A DNA stretch of 61,379 bases, counting the filler. It is 5 parts of 5 records of this genome, joined end to end, with 100 filler letters (N's around TTAATTAATTAA, not from the genome) between each part and the next. Parts side by side here need not be neighbours in the genome. Positions count along the whole stretch, not along the records: positions 28,433 to 47,601 come from SRR22947725_2284; 4 more parts are not named here. One strand, written 5' to 3'. Positions 30,369-40,056 of the stretch are shown here, piece by piece (the stretch's first letter is position 1; each line of letters opens with the position of its first letter). The notes under the pieces were generated by a model. It did not search any database. It was not told where the DNA came from and was given only the letters and a program-made list of their open reading frames with translations. The translations under genes were made by a program, and so were the position numbers.

Positions 30369-31589
30369 ATGGCTTTAAATGAAATATTAATAAATCCAAC
30401 TCGAAAAACATATGACGCCTTAATTATTGGTGGAGCTATGTTAGGTTCGTCAGTTGCTTGGTTTTTATCAAAAAATAATGATTTTAGGGGGTCAATCTTG
30501 GTAGTGGAAAAAGACCCCACTTATGAATTTACCTCAACCGCACATACTAATAGCTGTATGCGTCAACAATTTAGCACAGAAATCAATATCAAGATCTCTC
30601 AATTTGGAGCAGATTTTGTAAAAAATTTTAGGCACTATATGGGCGGTGATGAGCGCGTTCCAGACATACCTTTTCATCAATATGGTTATATGTATTTGGC
30701 TGATAATCAAATATTTGCAAAAACACTCAAAGACGCACAAATCCTACAAAAAAAATGTGGTGCTGGCACTAAACATATGATGGCTGACGAAATAAAGAGA
30801 GATTATCCATTTTATATGTTGGATGATATAATTGCCGCAAATCATAATCTCATTGATGAAGGATATTTTGATGGAAATACAATTTTTGATTGGTGGAAAA
30901 GATCTTCTCGAGAAAGTGGCGTTGAGTATATATCCAATGAAGTAGTAAAAATTGGAAAAAACTTAAAAGGAAATTGTATCAATAATATAACATTAAAATC
31001 AGGTGAAATAATTAGCGCAGGGCAAGTTGTAAATGCTACTGGCCCAAGGGCTAAACTAACAGCGCAAATGTTAGGCATTAAGTTGCCAGTGGAACCCCGA
31101 AAAAGATATACATTTATTTTTGACGCAGAAACACCACTTGATCGTGATTTACCACTAACCATTGACCCATCAGGTGTTCATATGAGATCTGAGGGTAAAT
31201 ACTATTTAGCCGGCTGCGCACCAGACGATGACCATGCAGTAGAGTACAATGACTTTACTCAAGATCATAACATTTGGGAGGAAAAAGTATGGCCTATATT
31301 AGCTAATCGAATTCCTCAATTTGAATCAATAAAATTAATTAATTCTTGGGCAGGACATTACGCTTTTAATACTCTTGACCAAAACGCAATTGTCGGACCT
31401 CATACATATATAGAAAACTTCTTGTTTGTTAATGGATTTTCTGGTCATGGTTTCCAACAATCTCCAGCAATGGGTCGTGGCTTGTCAGAAATAATAACTT
31501 ATGGTGAATATCGAAACCTTGACCTTTCTGCATTTGGCTATGCGCGAATAGAGAACAATGAACCATTTATAGAAAAAGCAGTAATTTAA
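30369..31589 (+). CDS. FAD-dependent oxidoreductase (DAO / sarcosine oxidase beta / FOXRED1-like)
   Basis: IIGGAMLGSSVAW, VEKDPTY, RQQFS, WAGHY..NTLDQNAIVG, NGFSGHGFQQSPA. Confidence 0.88.
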   Translation: MALNEILINPTRKTYDALIIGGAMLGSSVAWFLSKNNDFRGSILVVEKDPTYEFTSTAHTNSCMRQQFSTEINIKISQFGADFVKNFRHYMGGDERVPDIPFHQYGYMYLADNQIFAKTLKDAQILQKKCGAGTKHMMADEIKRDYPFYMLDDIIAANHNLIDEGYFDGNTIFDWWKRSSRESGVEYISNEVVKIGKNLKGNCINNITLKSGEIISAGQVVNATGPRAKLTAQMLGIKLPVEPRKRYTFIFDAETPLDRDLPLTIDPSGVHMRSEGKYYLAGCAPDDDHAVEYNDFTQDHNIWEEKVWPILANRIPQFESIKLINSWAGHYAFNTLDQNAIVGPHTYIENFLFVNGFSGHGFQQSPAMGRGLSEIITYGEYRNLDLSAFGYARIENNEPFIEKAVI

Positions 31590-31599
31590 AGGATATAAG

Positions 31600-32436
31600 A
31601 TGAAAAAAATTGTACTTACTGGCGCAGCTGGTAGACTTGGCTCATACCTTCGCGAGCCCTTATTAAAATTGGCAGATGAGTTAGTTTCATCAGATATCGT
31701 TGAAAATATTGGAACACTTTATCCAAATGAAACATATGTAAGTGCAGATTTATCAAATCTACCAGACATGATTAAACTTTTAAAAGATGCAGACATGGTT
31801 GTACATTTTGGCGCCATTGGTGACGAAGCTCCATTTGATCAAATTTTACAATCTAATATTGTTGGAGCATATAATATATGGGAAGCTGCATATCAAAATG
31901 AAGTAAAACGTGTAGTATATGCAAGTTCAATTCACGCCGTTGGAATGCATAAAAAAACTGACTTTATAGGTACTGACGCCCCACATCGGCCTGATACATA
32001 TTATGGTTTAGCAAAATGTTTTGCGGAAGATCTTGCATCATTATATTGGGATAAACGGGGAATGGAATCTGTATGTATGCGCATCCTATCATGTGCTCAA
32101 GTTTCGAACCCAAGAGCTGTTGGTTCATGGTTATCTTATGATGACTTAATTCAGCTTGTTGAAAAATCCATAACAACACAAATTACAGGTTTCTCGATTG
32201 TTTATGGAGTTTCCGACAATGACCGCGTGACAGTTGATAATACATTAGCAAAACATATTGGATTTAGACCAAAAGATAATGCAGAACAATTCGCATCTAA
32301 AATATTCTCAGAAGAACCAAAGCTCAATCCTTATGATAAAGGCACAGTATGTCAGGGCGGCCCATTCGCATCCGTTGAATTAGGACATAGTGGAGTTGCC
32401 ACTATGAAAATAAAAAATGATAAAAAAGTTATTTAA
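31600..32436 (+). CDS. NAD(P)-dependent epimerase/dehydrogenase (uronate dehydrogenase-like extended SDR)
   Basis: TGAAGRLG, YASSIHAVG, RPDTYYGLAKCFAE, WLSYDD, YGVSDN. Confidence 0.85.
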   Translation: MKKIVLTGAAGRLGSYLREPLLKLADELVSSDIVENIGTLYPNETYVSADLSNLPDMIKLLKDADMVVHFGAIGDEAPFDQILQSNIVGAYNIWEAAYQNEVKRVVYASSIHAVGMHKKTDFIGTDAPHRPDTYYGLAKCFAEDLASLYWDKRGMESVCMRILSCAQVSNPRAVGSWLSYDDLIQLVEKSITTQITGFSIVYGVSDNDRVTVDNTLAKHIGFRPKDNAEQFASKIFSEEPKLNPYDKGTVCQGGPFASVELGHSGVATMKIKNDKKVI

Positions 32437-32553
32437 TATATAAAAATAAGGATTTGGAATATTAGGTTTTGAAAATCCGAAAGTTTTAAATTCTACTATG
32501 CCTGATTATAATTATAGGTCAATATCTCCAAAAATTACTTAAAAGGATTGCCC

Positions 32554-33861
32554 ATGGCACGTGTATATTTAAAAAAAGCAGAAAAAACTGCTAAAACTGA
32601 TGCAGGTTCGACACAAGATATTGTACGCGGCATTCTTTCAGATATTGAAGAAGGGCGTGAAAAAATTGCATTGGAAATTTCTGCAAAATTTGATAAATAT
32701 TCAGGTAATGCAATTTTAACACGTGATGAAATTGATGAAGCAAAAGAAAAAATTCCTCAAAAATTACGTGATGACATGCATTATGCACATGATAATATTA
32801 TGCGGTTTGCAATTGCTCAAAAGGGCACCATGTCAAATATGGAAATGGAACTTCATCCAGGATTAATAACTGGCCAAAAATTAATTCCTGTAAATGCAGC
32901 AGGTTGTTATGTTCCAGGTGGTAGATATGCGCATATTGCTTCAGCAATGATGACTGTTACAACTGCAAAAGCAGCTGGAGTGGGTCATATAACTGCATGT
33001 TCACCTCCAAATGGAAATAAAGGAATTAATCCAGCAATTATATACGCCGCAGATTTATCTGGCGCTGATAAAATATTATCATTAGGTGGCGTCCAAGGCG
33101 TTGCATCTATGACTTATGGTTTATTCGATTTACCAGAAGCTGACATCATTGTTGGCCCTGGAAATCAATTCGTTGCTGAAGCAAAACGCCAATTATTTGG
33201 ACGTGTTGGAATAGATATGATAGCTGGCCCAACAGATAGTTTAATATTAGCAGACGCAGATGCAGATGCAAAAATTGTAGCATGTGATTTAGTTGGTCAG
33301 GCAGAGCATGGTTACAATTCTCCAGTTTGGTTGGTTACTGACAGCCATGAACTTGCAGAAAAGGTAATTCAACTTGTACCGAGCTACATCGAAAGTTTAC
33401 CTGGTACAAATCGTGAGAATGCAAATGCAGCATGGCGTGATTATGCAGAAGTAATTGTATGTTCTGACAGAGAAGAAATGGCAGCAACATCAGATGATTA
33501 CGCACCTGAACATCTTACGGTACAAGCTTCTGATCTTGATTGGTGGTTAGATCGACTAACATGTTACGGATCATTGTTTCTTGGTGAAGAAACAACAGTG
33601 GCATATGGAGATAAGTCATCAGGGCCAAACCATGTCTTACCAACCTCTCGTTCAGCACGCTATACCGGCGGTCTTTCCGTTCATAAATATATGAAAGTTG
33701 TTACATATCAAAGGTCAACTCGTGAAGGAGCCAAACGTGTAGCTGAATCTTGCGCTCGTATATCTCGCCTAGAAGGCATGGAAGGACATGCTAGAACCGC
33801 TGATATTCGCTTAGCAAAATACTTTCCTGGTGAAAACTTTGACTTAACACCTGAGGGCTAA
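32554..33861 (+). CDS. hpsN: Sulfopropanediol (DHPS) 3-dehydrogenase, HisD-like
   Basis: HisD fold motifs (GCYVPGGRY, GPGNQFVAEAKR, QAEHGYNSP, APEHL, NHVLPT) with Roseobacter HpsN-type termini (YLKKA.., RLEGMEGHAR..D.RLAKYFP); followed by SDR and Zn-ADH genes; no his genes nearby. Confidence 0.88.
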   Translation: MARVYLKKAEKTAKTDAGSTQDIVRGILSDIEEGREKIALEISAKFDKYSGNAILTRDEIDEAKEKIPQKLRDDMHYAHDNIMRFAIAQKGTMSNMEMELHPGLITGQKLIPVNAAGCYVPGGRYAHIASAMMTVTTAKAAGVGHITACSPPNGNKGINPAIIYAADLSGADKILSLGGVQGVASMTYGLFDLPEADIIVGPGNQFVAEAKRQLFGRVGIDMIAGPTDSLILADADADAKIVACDLVGQAEHGYNSPVWLVTDSHELAEKVIQLVPSYIESLPGTNRENANAAWRDYAEVIVCSDREEMAATSDDYAPEHLTVQASDLDWWLDRLTCYGSLFLGEETTVAYGDKSSGPNHVLPTSRSARYTGGLSVHKYMKVVTYQRSTREGAKRVAESCARISRLEGMEGHARTADIRLAKYFPGENFDLTPEG

Positions 33862-33863
33862 AA

Positions 33864-34607
33864 ATGTTTGAAGTTAATGGAAAAACTATTGCTGTTACAG
33901 GTGCATCCTCGGGAATTGGACAGGCCATGGCCAGTCATCTAGCCAAAAATGGTGCAAATGTAATAGCCGTTGCTAGAAGAAAAATTGCTTTATCAAAATG
34001 GGCTGAAACTACAAATGGAAATGTAGCGTATGTTGCAGCAGACCTTGGGGATATAGATGCATTAGAAAGTGTATCAAAAAAAATAGCATCTCATTTTGGT
34101 AAAGTTGACATACTTATAAATGCTGCTGGTTTGAACCCTCGCATTCATGCAGATGAAGTTACAAAACATACTTGGAATAAAACCTTAGATATTAATTTAA
34201 ATGCACCATTTTTTCTAGCACAACAAATGATGCCAGCAATGAAAGAAGCAAAATGGGGTCGCATTATAAATTTTGCATCACTTCAATCAGAGCGTGCTTT
34301 CGAAAATGGCATTTCTTATGGCACTGCAAAAGGTGGCATAATGCAAATGACACGCGCAATGGCTCAAGCTTGGTCAAAAAATGGTATAACAGTTAATGCT
34401 ATTGCTCCTGGTTTTTTTCCCACAGAATTAACAGCATCTGTTTTTTCAAATGAAGCTCTAGCTCAGAAAAATGCAGATCAAACATGTATTGGTCGCAATG
34501 GTAATATGGATGACCTAACAGGCCCTGTTCAATTTTTATGCTCTGATGCGAGTTCATACATAACTGGCCAAACACTTTATGTAGATGGAGGTTTTACAGC
34601 AAAATGA
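33864..34607 (+). CDS. hpsO: Short-chain dehydrogenase, HpsO-like (DHPS 2-dehydrogenase)
   Basis: TGASSGIG, NAAG, YGTAK, PGFFPTELT; directly after hpsN. Confidence 0.78.
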   Translation: MFEVNGKTIAVTGASSGIGQAMASHLAKNGANVIAVARRKIALSKWAETTNGNVAYVAADLGDIDALESVSKKIASHFGKVDILINAAGLNPRIHADEVTKHTWNKTLDINLNAPFFLAQQMMPAMKEAKWGRIINFASLQSERAFENGISYGTAKGGIMQMTRAMAQAWSKNGITVNAIAPGFFPTELTASVFSNEALAQKNADQTCIGRNGNMDDLTGPVQFLCSDASSYITGQTLYVDGGFTAK

Positions 34608-35596
34608 AAGCATTAGTATACACAGGGGAAAAATCACTGGATTTTTGTGAAGTTCCAGATCCAAAATTAAAAGATGATGAAAATCTTATTTCTATTCGTT
34701 CAGTAGGCATATGTGGGTCAGATATGCATGCATATCTGGGACATGATGATCGTCGCCCAGCCCCATTAATACTTGGGCATGAGGCAGCTGGAGATGTTAT
34801 AGAAGGTCCACTTAAAGGTGAGAGAGTTACAATAAATCCTCTAGTAAGTTGCCAAAAATGCAAAGAGTGTAAATCAAATAGATCCAATCTATGTGGAAAA
34901 CGTCAAATTATCTCTATGCTACCAAGAGAAGGAGCTTTCGCTGAATTAGTTGCAATGCCCAGCCGTAATTTAGTCAAAGTTCCAGATGATATATCATTTA
35001 ATGATGCTGCTCTGACTGAACCACTAGCAGTATGCTGGCATGCAGTGCGACTTGGTCTTGAGGCATTAGACACCGATATTTCATCTGCAAATACACTCGT
35101 CATTGGCGGGGGAGCTATTGGACTTGGTTCTGCACTTTCATTAATGGCCAAAGGAATAAAAAAAATAAAAATTGCTGAACCCAACGAAAAAAGGCGAGCA
35201 TTCTTACAAGCAAATACATGGTTTGATGTTTATGATCCAACCAAAGGTCATGGTGATTTATCATGCTATGACATAGTAATTGATGCAGTTGGGTTTTCCT
35301 CAAGTAGATCTGATGCCTGTGCATTAGCTAAACCTGGCAGTGTAATTTTACATATAGGTTTGGGGGATAGTGATGGTGGTTTAGACATTCGCCGACTTAC
35401 ATTACAGGAAATTCGCTTTATTGGCACTTACACTTATACAAATCAAGATTTTGTTGAGACTGCCCAAGCTATTTTTGATGGGAGCTTTGGTTCTTTGGAC
35501 TGGTATCAAACGCGTCCACTTTCTGAAGGCCATTCAGCATTTAAGCAAATTCTACTTGGTGAAGTTGCTGCACCAAAAATTATTTTAAACCCTTAA
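34604..35596 (+). CDS. hpsP: Zn-dependent alcohol dehydrogenase, HpsP-like
   Basis: GICGSDMH, ILGHEAAG, CQKCKEC..C Zn motif, GGGAIG; hpsNOP order. Confidence 0.78.
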   Translation: MKALVYTGEKSLDFCEVPDPKLKDDENLISIRSVGICGSDMHAYLGHDDRRPAPLILGHEAAGDVIEGPLKGERVTINPLVSCQKCKECKSNRSNLCGKRQIISMLPREGAFAELVAMPSRNLVKVPDDISFNDAALTEPLAVCWHAVRLGLEALDTDISSANTLVIGGGAIGLGSALSLMAKGIKKIKIAEPNEKRRAFLQANTWFDVYDPTKGHGDLSCYDIVIDAVGFSSSRSDACALAKPGSVILHIGLGDSDGGLDIRRLTLQEIRFIGTYTYTNQDFVETAQAIFDGSFGSLDWYQTRPLSEGHSAFKQILLGEVAAPKIILNP

Positions 35597-36363
35597 GATA
35601 ATACCCCCTGCTTAATAGTTTGCGCACCATTAAAAAGTACATCACGTTGTTCTATCAAATATTCAACAGATAACCGTTGTGAGGGCCCATGGAATGCTAA
35701 TGCTGCAACAAATCGTCCATTATTATCAGTTACAGGCACAGCAATAGCTCGCATTCCATCCATGAATTCTTCATCATCTATGGAATAACCTTGTTTGGAT
35801 ATTTTATCTAATTCATCCATAAGTGCATCTGGGTTTACAAAGGTTTTATCAGTTAACTTTTCTAAATTTAGTCCTAGAACAAATCGTTTACGAGCAGATT
35901 TTGATAAACTCGCAACAAAACATTTTCCACTCGCTGTACAATGGAATGGAACATTAGTACCAACTGGAAGCTGTACTCTAAAAGCCCAGTTTGTATCTAT
36001 TCTATCCAGATAATTCATCCCAGTTTCTTCTGGGACAACATAATTCACTGCCTCTTGCACTGCTGATGCTACAGTCTGAAGAACTTGATGACGAGTTATG
36101 TGAAATCGCGATGCATGTAAAAGCCCTGCGCCCATTAATCTCAATCGACGACTTGGGCGGTACCTTTTTCCTCCTGGCTCACGATTTAAAAAACCTTCTT
36201 TTTCTAATGTTGAAACAAGACGATGAACCGTTTGCTTCGGCAATCCAATTTCATCGTTAATTTCGGTAGCAGTCATTGCACGATCTGATCTTCCAATAAC
36301 TTCTAATATCAAAAGCGTTCTCAAATTACTTGGGATACGGCTTTCAACTAATTCTTTTGTCAT
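35593..36363 (-). CDS. IclR family transcriptional regulator (IseR-like)
   Basis: LPKQTVHRLVSTL HTH, PFHCTASGK, GYSIDDEEF..G.RAIAVPV; divergent from the GMC gene; start (36363 vs 36384) uncertain. Confidence 0.92.
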   Translation of the reverse strand: MTKELVESRIPSNLRTLLILEVIGRSDRAMTATEINDEIGLPKQTVHRLVSTLEKEGFLNREPGGKRYRPSRRLRLMGAGLLHASRFHITRHQVLQTVASAVQEAVNYVVPEETGMNYLDRIDTNWAFRVQLPVGTNVPFHCTASGKCFVASLSKSARKRFVLGLNLEKLTDKTFVNPDALMDELDKISKQGYSIDDEEFMDGMRAIAVPVTDNNGRFVAALAFHGPSQRLSVEYLIEQRDVLFNGAQTIKQGVLS

Positions 36364-36424
36364 TTTTAAAATCTCTTGTTGCACGAATCAAAATTTATCA
36401 TTTAAATACATATATAGCAAAAAC

Positions 36425-36439
36425 GAGACTAAAAGTCTC
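36425..36439. promoter_or_regulatory. Candidate IclR operator
   Basis: Perfect palindrome GAGACT-AAA-AGTCTC in the divergent IclR/GMC intergenic region. Confidence 0.55.
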
Positions 36440-36464
36440 ATTTTTTAATATTTAGAGGTTTTTA

Positions 36465-38069
36465 TTGGAATTTGACTATATTATCGTAGGAGCTGGATCC
36501 GCTGGATGTGCTGCAGCTAACCGTTTGTCTGAAAACGGAAAGTATTCTGTTGCCCTCCTCGAAGCTGGGGGCAAAGATAATAATCCATGGATACACATTC
36601 CTGTTGGCTATTTTAAAACAATGGGTAACCCTAAAACAGATTGGTGTTACAGCACTCAATCTGATGATGGACTTAATGGCAGATCAATCCCATGGCCTCG
36701 TGGTAAAGTATTAGGTGGATGTAGCTCAATTAATGGACTGCTTTATGTTAGAGGGCAATCTCAAGATTACGACAACTGGCAGAATTTAGGAAATATCGGC
36801 TGGGGTTGGGATGATGTACTCCCATTATTCAAAAAGGCCGAAACCTGGAAAGGTGATACAAAAAGTAATTTAAGAGGTCATACCGGACCAGTATCTGTAT
36901 CGCCAACTCGTTTAAGCCGAGAAGTGGTTGATAAGTGGGTGGATGCAGCCGTCGAAAGTGGCTATAGACGAAATTATGATTATAACGCAGAAGACCAAGA
37001 AGGTGTTGGTTATTTTCAATTAACTGCTGATAAAGGTCGCCGTTGTTCAACGGCTGTTGCCTATCTTAACCCAGCAAAGAAAAGAAAAAATCTTCATATA
37101 TTTACAAACACTCAAGTAGAAAAAATTATTTTTAAAGATGGCCGTGCATCTGCTGTAAATACTATTCAAAACTCTTCGCCAAAGATCATAAAAGCTCGAA
37201 AAGAAATAATACTATCTGCTGGAGCAATTGGCTCTCCTCAAATACTAATGTTATCTGGAGTTGGTGATACAAAAGAATTAAAAAAACATGGTATTAATGT
37301 TATAAAAAACCTTCCTGGTGTTGGAAAAAATCTCCAAGATCACCTTCAGGCCCGTCCAATATTTAAAACTGATTTATCAACGATAAATATAGAAACAAAC
37401 AATTTTTTCAAACAAAGTATGATTGCTTTGCAATATGCACTTAGCAGAACAGGTCCTATGACAATGGCTGCAAGCTTGGGTACTGCATTTTTAAAAACTG
37501 ATGATAAATTGGAAACACCAGATATTCAGTTCCATATCCAACCATTTAGTGCAAATAATGCAGTTGAAGGTACCCATAAATTTTCTGCATTCACTGCGTC
37601 TGTTCTTCAAATGAGGCCTGAAAGTACTGGACATCTTGAGCTTGTCTCAGCAAACTATCAAGATCATCCTAAAATTTATCCAAATTATTTAGATAAAGAT
37701 ATCGACAAAAAAACCATTGTAAAAGGAATACAAATTGCACGTAAAATAGCACAATTTGAACCCCTTAAATCTCATATAATCGAAGAATACCAACCTGGCT
37801 CTGAAGTAAAGTTTGATGATTATGAAGCTACTTTAAATTGGGCAAGGCAAACTTCCGTTACTATTTATCATCCTACTGGCACTTGCAAGATGGGCAATGA
37901 CAAGATGGCTGTTGTAGATGAGAGATTGCGTGTGTATGGAGTTCAAGGCCTTAGAGTGGCCGATTGCTCAATCATGCCAGTCATAACTTCTGGCAACACA
38001 AACGCACCAGCAATAATGATTGGTGAGAAAGTTTCACAAATGACATTAGAGGATGCAGTGCAATGTTAG
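36465..38069 (+). CDS. GMC family FAD oxidoreductase (putative isethionate dehydrogenase, IseJ-like)
   Basis: DYIIVGAGSAG, RGKVLGGCSSING, GKNLQDH, YHPTGTCKMG, GNTNAPAIMIGEK; substrate inferred from IclR/TerC/TRAP/hps context only. Confidence 0.85.
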   Translation: MEFDYIIVGAGSAGCAAANRLSENGKYSVALLEAGGKDNNPWIHIPVGYFKTMGNPKTDWCYSTQSDDGLNGRSIPWPRGKVLGGCSSINGLLYVRGQSQDYDNWQNLGNIGWGWDDVLPLFKKAETWKGDTKSNLRGHTGPVSVSPTRLSREVVDKWVDAAVESGYRRNYDYNAEDQEGVGYFQLTADKGRRCSTAVAYLNPAKKRKNLHIFTNTQVEKIIFKDGRASAVNTIQNSSPKIIKARKEIILSAGAIGSPQILMLSGVGDTKELKKHGINVIKNLPGVGKNLQDHLQARPIFKTDLSTINIETNNFFKQSMIALQYALSRTGPMTMAASLGTAFLKTDDKLETPDIQFHIQPFSANNAVEGTHKFSAFTASVLQMRPESTGHLELVSANYQDHPKIYPNYLDKDIDKKTIVKGIQIARKIAQFEPLKSHIIEEYQPGSEVKFDDYEATLNWARQTSVTIYHPTGTCKMGNDKMAVVDERLRVYGVQGLRVADCSIMPVITSGNTNAPAIMIGEKVSQMTLEDAVQC

Positions 38070-38728
38070 ATGTAATTGTAGGTTACAGCCAAATAATTAT
38101 AGCTGATTTAATTCTTTCAGGTGATAATGCACTAGTTATAGGCATGGCCGCTGCTGGTTTACCGTCTGAACAGCGTAAAAAAGCAATATTTTATGGTATG
38201 TTAATAGCAGCAGTTCTAAGAATTGTTTTTGCTTTAATTGCTACCTACTTATTAGGCGTTAAAGGTTTATTATTCTTCGGATCAATTCTTCTGTTTTGGG
38301 TTTGCTGGACACTATTCAAAGAAATAAAAAACGGAAGTCATTCTGAAGAAGGCGTATCAAGCGATGGTACACTTAATTCTTTATCTGATAGTAATGTTCC
38401 ACAAAAAACTATGTTTTCAGCATTATTATCAATTACAATAGCAGACATTACAATGTCATTAGATAATGTTTTGGCTGTAGCAGGAATTGCCAATGGTGAT
38501 ACCCAAATGTTGGTATTCGGACTTGGCCTAGCAATTGTACTTATGGCTTTTGCGGCCACTTTAATAATGAAACTATTAGCTAAGTATCATTGGATATCTT
38601 GGATAGGACTATTTGTATTGGTTTATGTAGCTGGAGAAATGATGTATCGTGGTTTTTACGATATTTCTACAGGCATTGGACCGATGTTGGGATTGGTCGA
38701 GGGCATGGATATGTCCAAACACCACTAA
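38063..38728 (+). CDS. TerC family (YjbE-like) integral membrane protein
   Basis: DLILSGDNALVIGMAA, IADITMSLDNVLAVAG. Confidence 0.92.
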   Translation: MLDVIVGYSQIIIADLILSGDNALVIGMAAAGLPSEQRKKAIFYGMLIAAVLRIVFALIATYLLGVKGLLFFGSILLFWVCWTLFKEIKNGSHSEEGVSSDGTLNSLSDSNVPQKTMFSALLSITIADITMSLDNVLAVAGIANGDTQMLVFGLGLAIVLMAFAATLIMKLLAKYHWISWIGLFVLVYVAGEMMYRGFYDISTGIGPMLGLVEGMDMSKHH

Positions 38729-38733
38729 AGACG

Positions 38734-38759
38734 ATTTACCGAGTTTCATCTCGGTAAAT
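38734..38759 (+). terminator. Perfect 10-bp hairpin between terC and dctP
   Basis: ATTTACCGAG-TTTCAT-CTCGGTAAAT, 5 nt after the terC stop. Confidence 0.55.
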
Positions 38760-38837
38760 TTGAACACCCCCTTTTTAAGTCTTCGGAATGGGGGGGAAAT
38801 AAGTAAAGAGGACAAAACTTAAGGGAGGATAAAACAT

Positions 38838-39932
38838 ATGTTTAATCTTAAAACAGCAACAGCAGTAGCTGTTGCACTTTCCATGACGGCAACTTCTGCC
38901 TTTGCGGAAAAAGTTCTGCGCATTCAGTCAGTGCTTGCTACATCATCAGACGAAGTTCGTATGGTTGAAAGTTTTGCACAAGACGTTGCAGACCTAACAG
39001 GCGGATCTTTGAAAATAGAAATACTAGCAGCAGGTGCCATTGTTGGCCCTCGTGATATCATGGACGCAGTTGATGCGGGTCTTGTTGAAGGTGGTTTCGC
39101 TTGGACTCACTACTGGGGTGGTAAGCACGTAGCTGCCAACCTATTTGGTGCACCAATCGCGGGTGCTGGTGTTGGCATGGACAACATCGCATTTCTTTCA
39201 TGGTTCCAGTACGGTGGTGGTAAAGAACTTTACGATCGTCTTTGGACAGAAATGGGCGTAAACGTTAAAGGTTTCATGTTACAGCCAGTTGGTCCAGAAG
39301 CACTAGGTTGGTTCCCAGAGCCAATCAATTCTATGGATGATTTCCGTAAAATGCGTTTCCGTGCACCTCCAGGTATGGTTGGCGCTGCTTACGCTGAAAT
39401 CGGCGTTCCTGCTGTTGCTATGGGTGGTGGTGACATTCTACCAGCGCTTGAAAAAGGTACAATCGATGCTGCTGAGTGGTGCTGTCCAAAGCCTGACTCA
39501 GTGTTTGGTTTCCAAAAAGTTCTTAAGCACTACTACTTGCAAGGTTTACACCAAGTTGTTGTGAACGCTGACATGTACGTAAACGGCGATTTCTACAACG
39601 GCTTATCTGCTACTGAGCAAAAAGCTTTAGAAGTTGCTGCAAACGCTTCTTTGTCTAAATCATTGTCATACCGTATTTATGAAAACGGTAAAGCGCTGAA
39701 AGATCTAACTGATAACCATGGCGTTATCTTAGAAGATACACCAGCTGACTACTTTACAGAGTACATGGCTGCAGCGAAAAAATCTTTGCAAGCAGCAGCT
39801 GATGAGAATGCGTTTTTTGCTGAAGTATGGCAGTCACAAAAAGATTTTGCTGACATAGCTGTTCCTTTCTGGGCAGGTGCACAAACATCAAATGCAAGTT
39901 TGGGTAGAGCACACGCAGACACATTAAAGTAA
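38838..39932 (+). CDS. TRAP transporter substrate-binding protein (DctP/TakP-like)
   Basis: Signal peptide, YWGGK, KMRFRAPPG, ILPALEKGTIDAAEW; strong GGAGG RBS. Confidence 0.93.
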   Translation: MFNLKTATAVAVALSMTATSAFAEKVLRIQSVLATSSDEVRMVESFAQDVADLTGGSLKIEILAAGAIVGPRDIMDAVDAGLVEGGFAWTHYWGGKHVAANLFGAPIAGAGVGMDNIAFLSWFQYGGGKELYDRLWTEMGVNVKGFMLQPVGPEALGWFPEPINSMDDFRKMRFRAPPGMVGAAYAEIGVPAVAMGGGDILPALEKGTIDAAEWCCPKPDSVFGFQKVLKHYYLQGLHQVVVNADMYVNGDFYNGLSATEQKALEVAANASLSKSLSYRIYENGKALKDLTDNHGVILEDTPADYFTEYMAAAKKSLQAAADENAFFAEVWQSQKDFADIAVPFWAGAQTSNASLGRAHADTLK

Positions 39933-39944
39933 GGTTTCCTTACT

Positions 39945-39978
39945 GTGCAGGGCCTTCCTGGCCCTGCACTTCTTTTTC
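39945..39978 (+). terminator. Terminator-like hairpin after dctP
   Basis: GTGCAGGGCC-TTCCT-GGCCCTGCAC-TTCTTTTT. Confidence 0.75.
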
Positions 39979-40056
39979 GATAAAGGTCTCACTAATTTAT
40001 AAGACCTTTTTCAAAAAAGAAGCCGGAATAAAAGGCAATTCAAGGGGAGAGAATAA

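Noticed and set aside
32554..33861. Histidinol dehydrogenase hisD
   Set aside because: No his genes nearby; termini and the downstream SDR + Zn-ADH pair fit HpsN.
36465..38069. Choline dehydrogenase betA linked to betC at 20133
   Set aside because: The two genes are on different contigs separated by a spacer; no betB/betI is adjacent and the local context is sulfonate-related.
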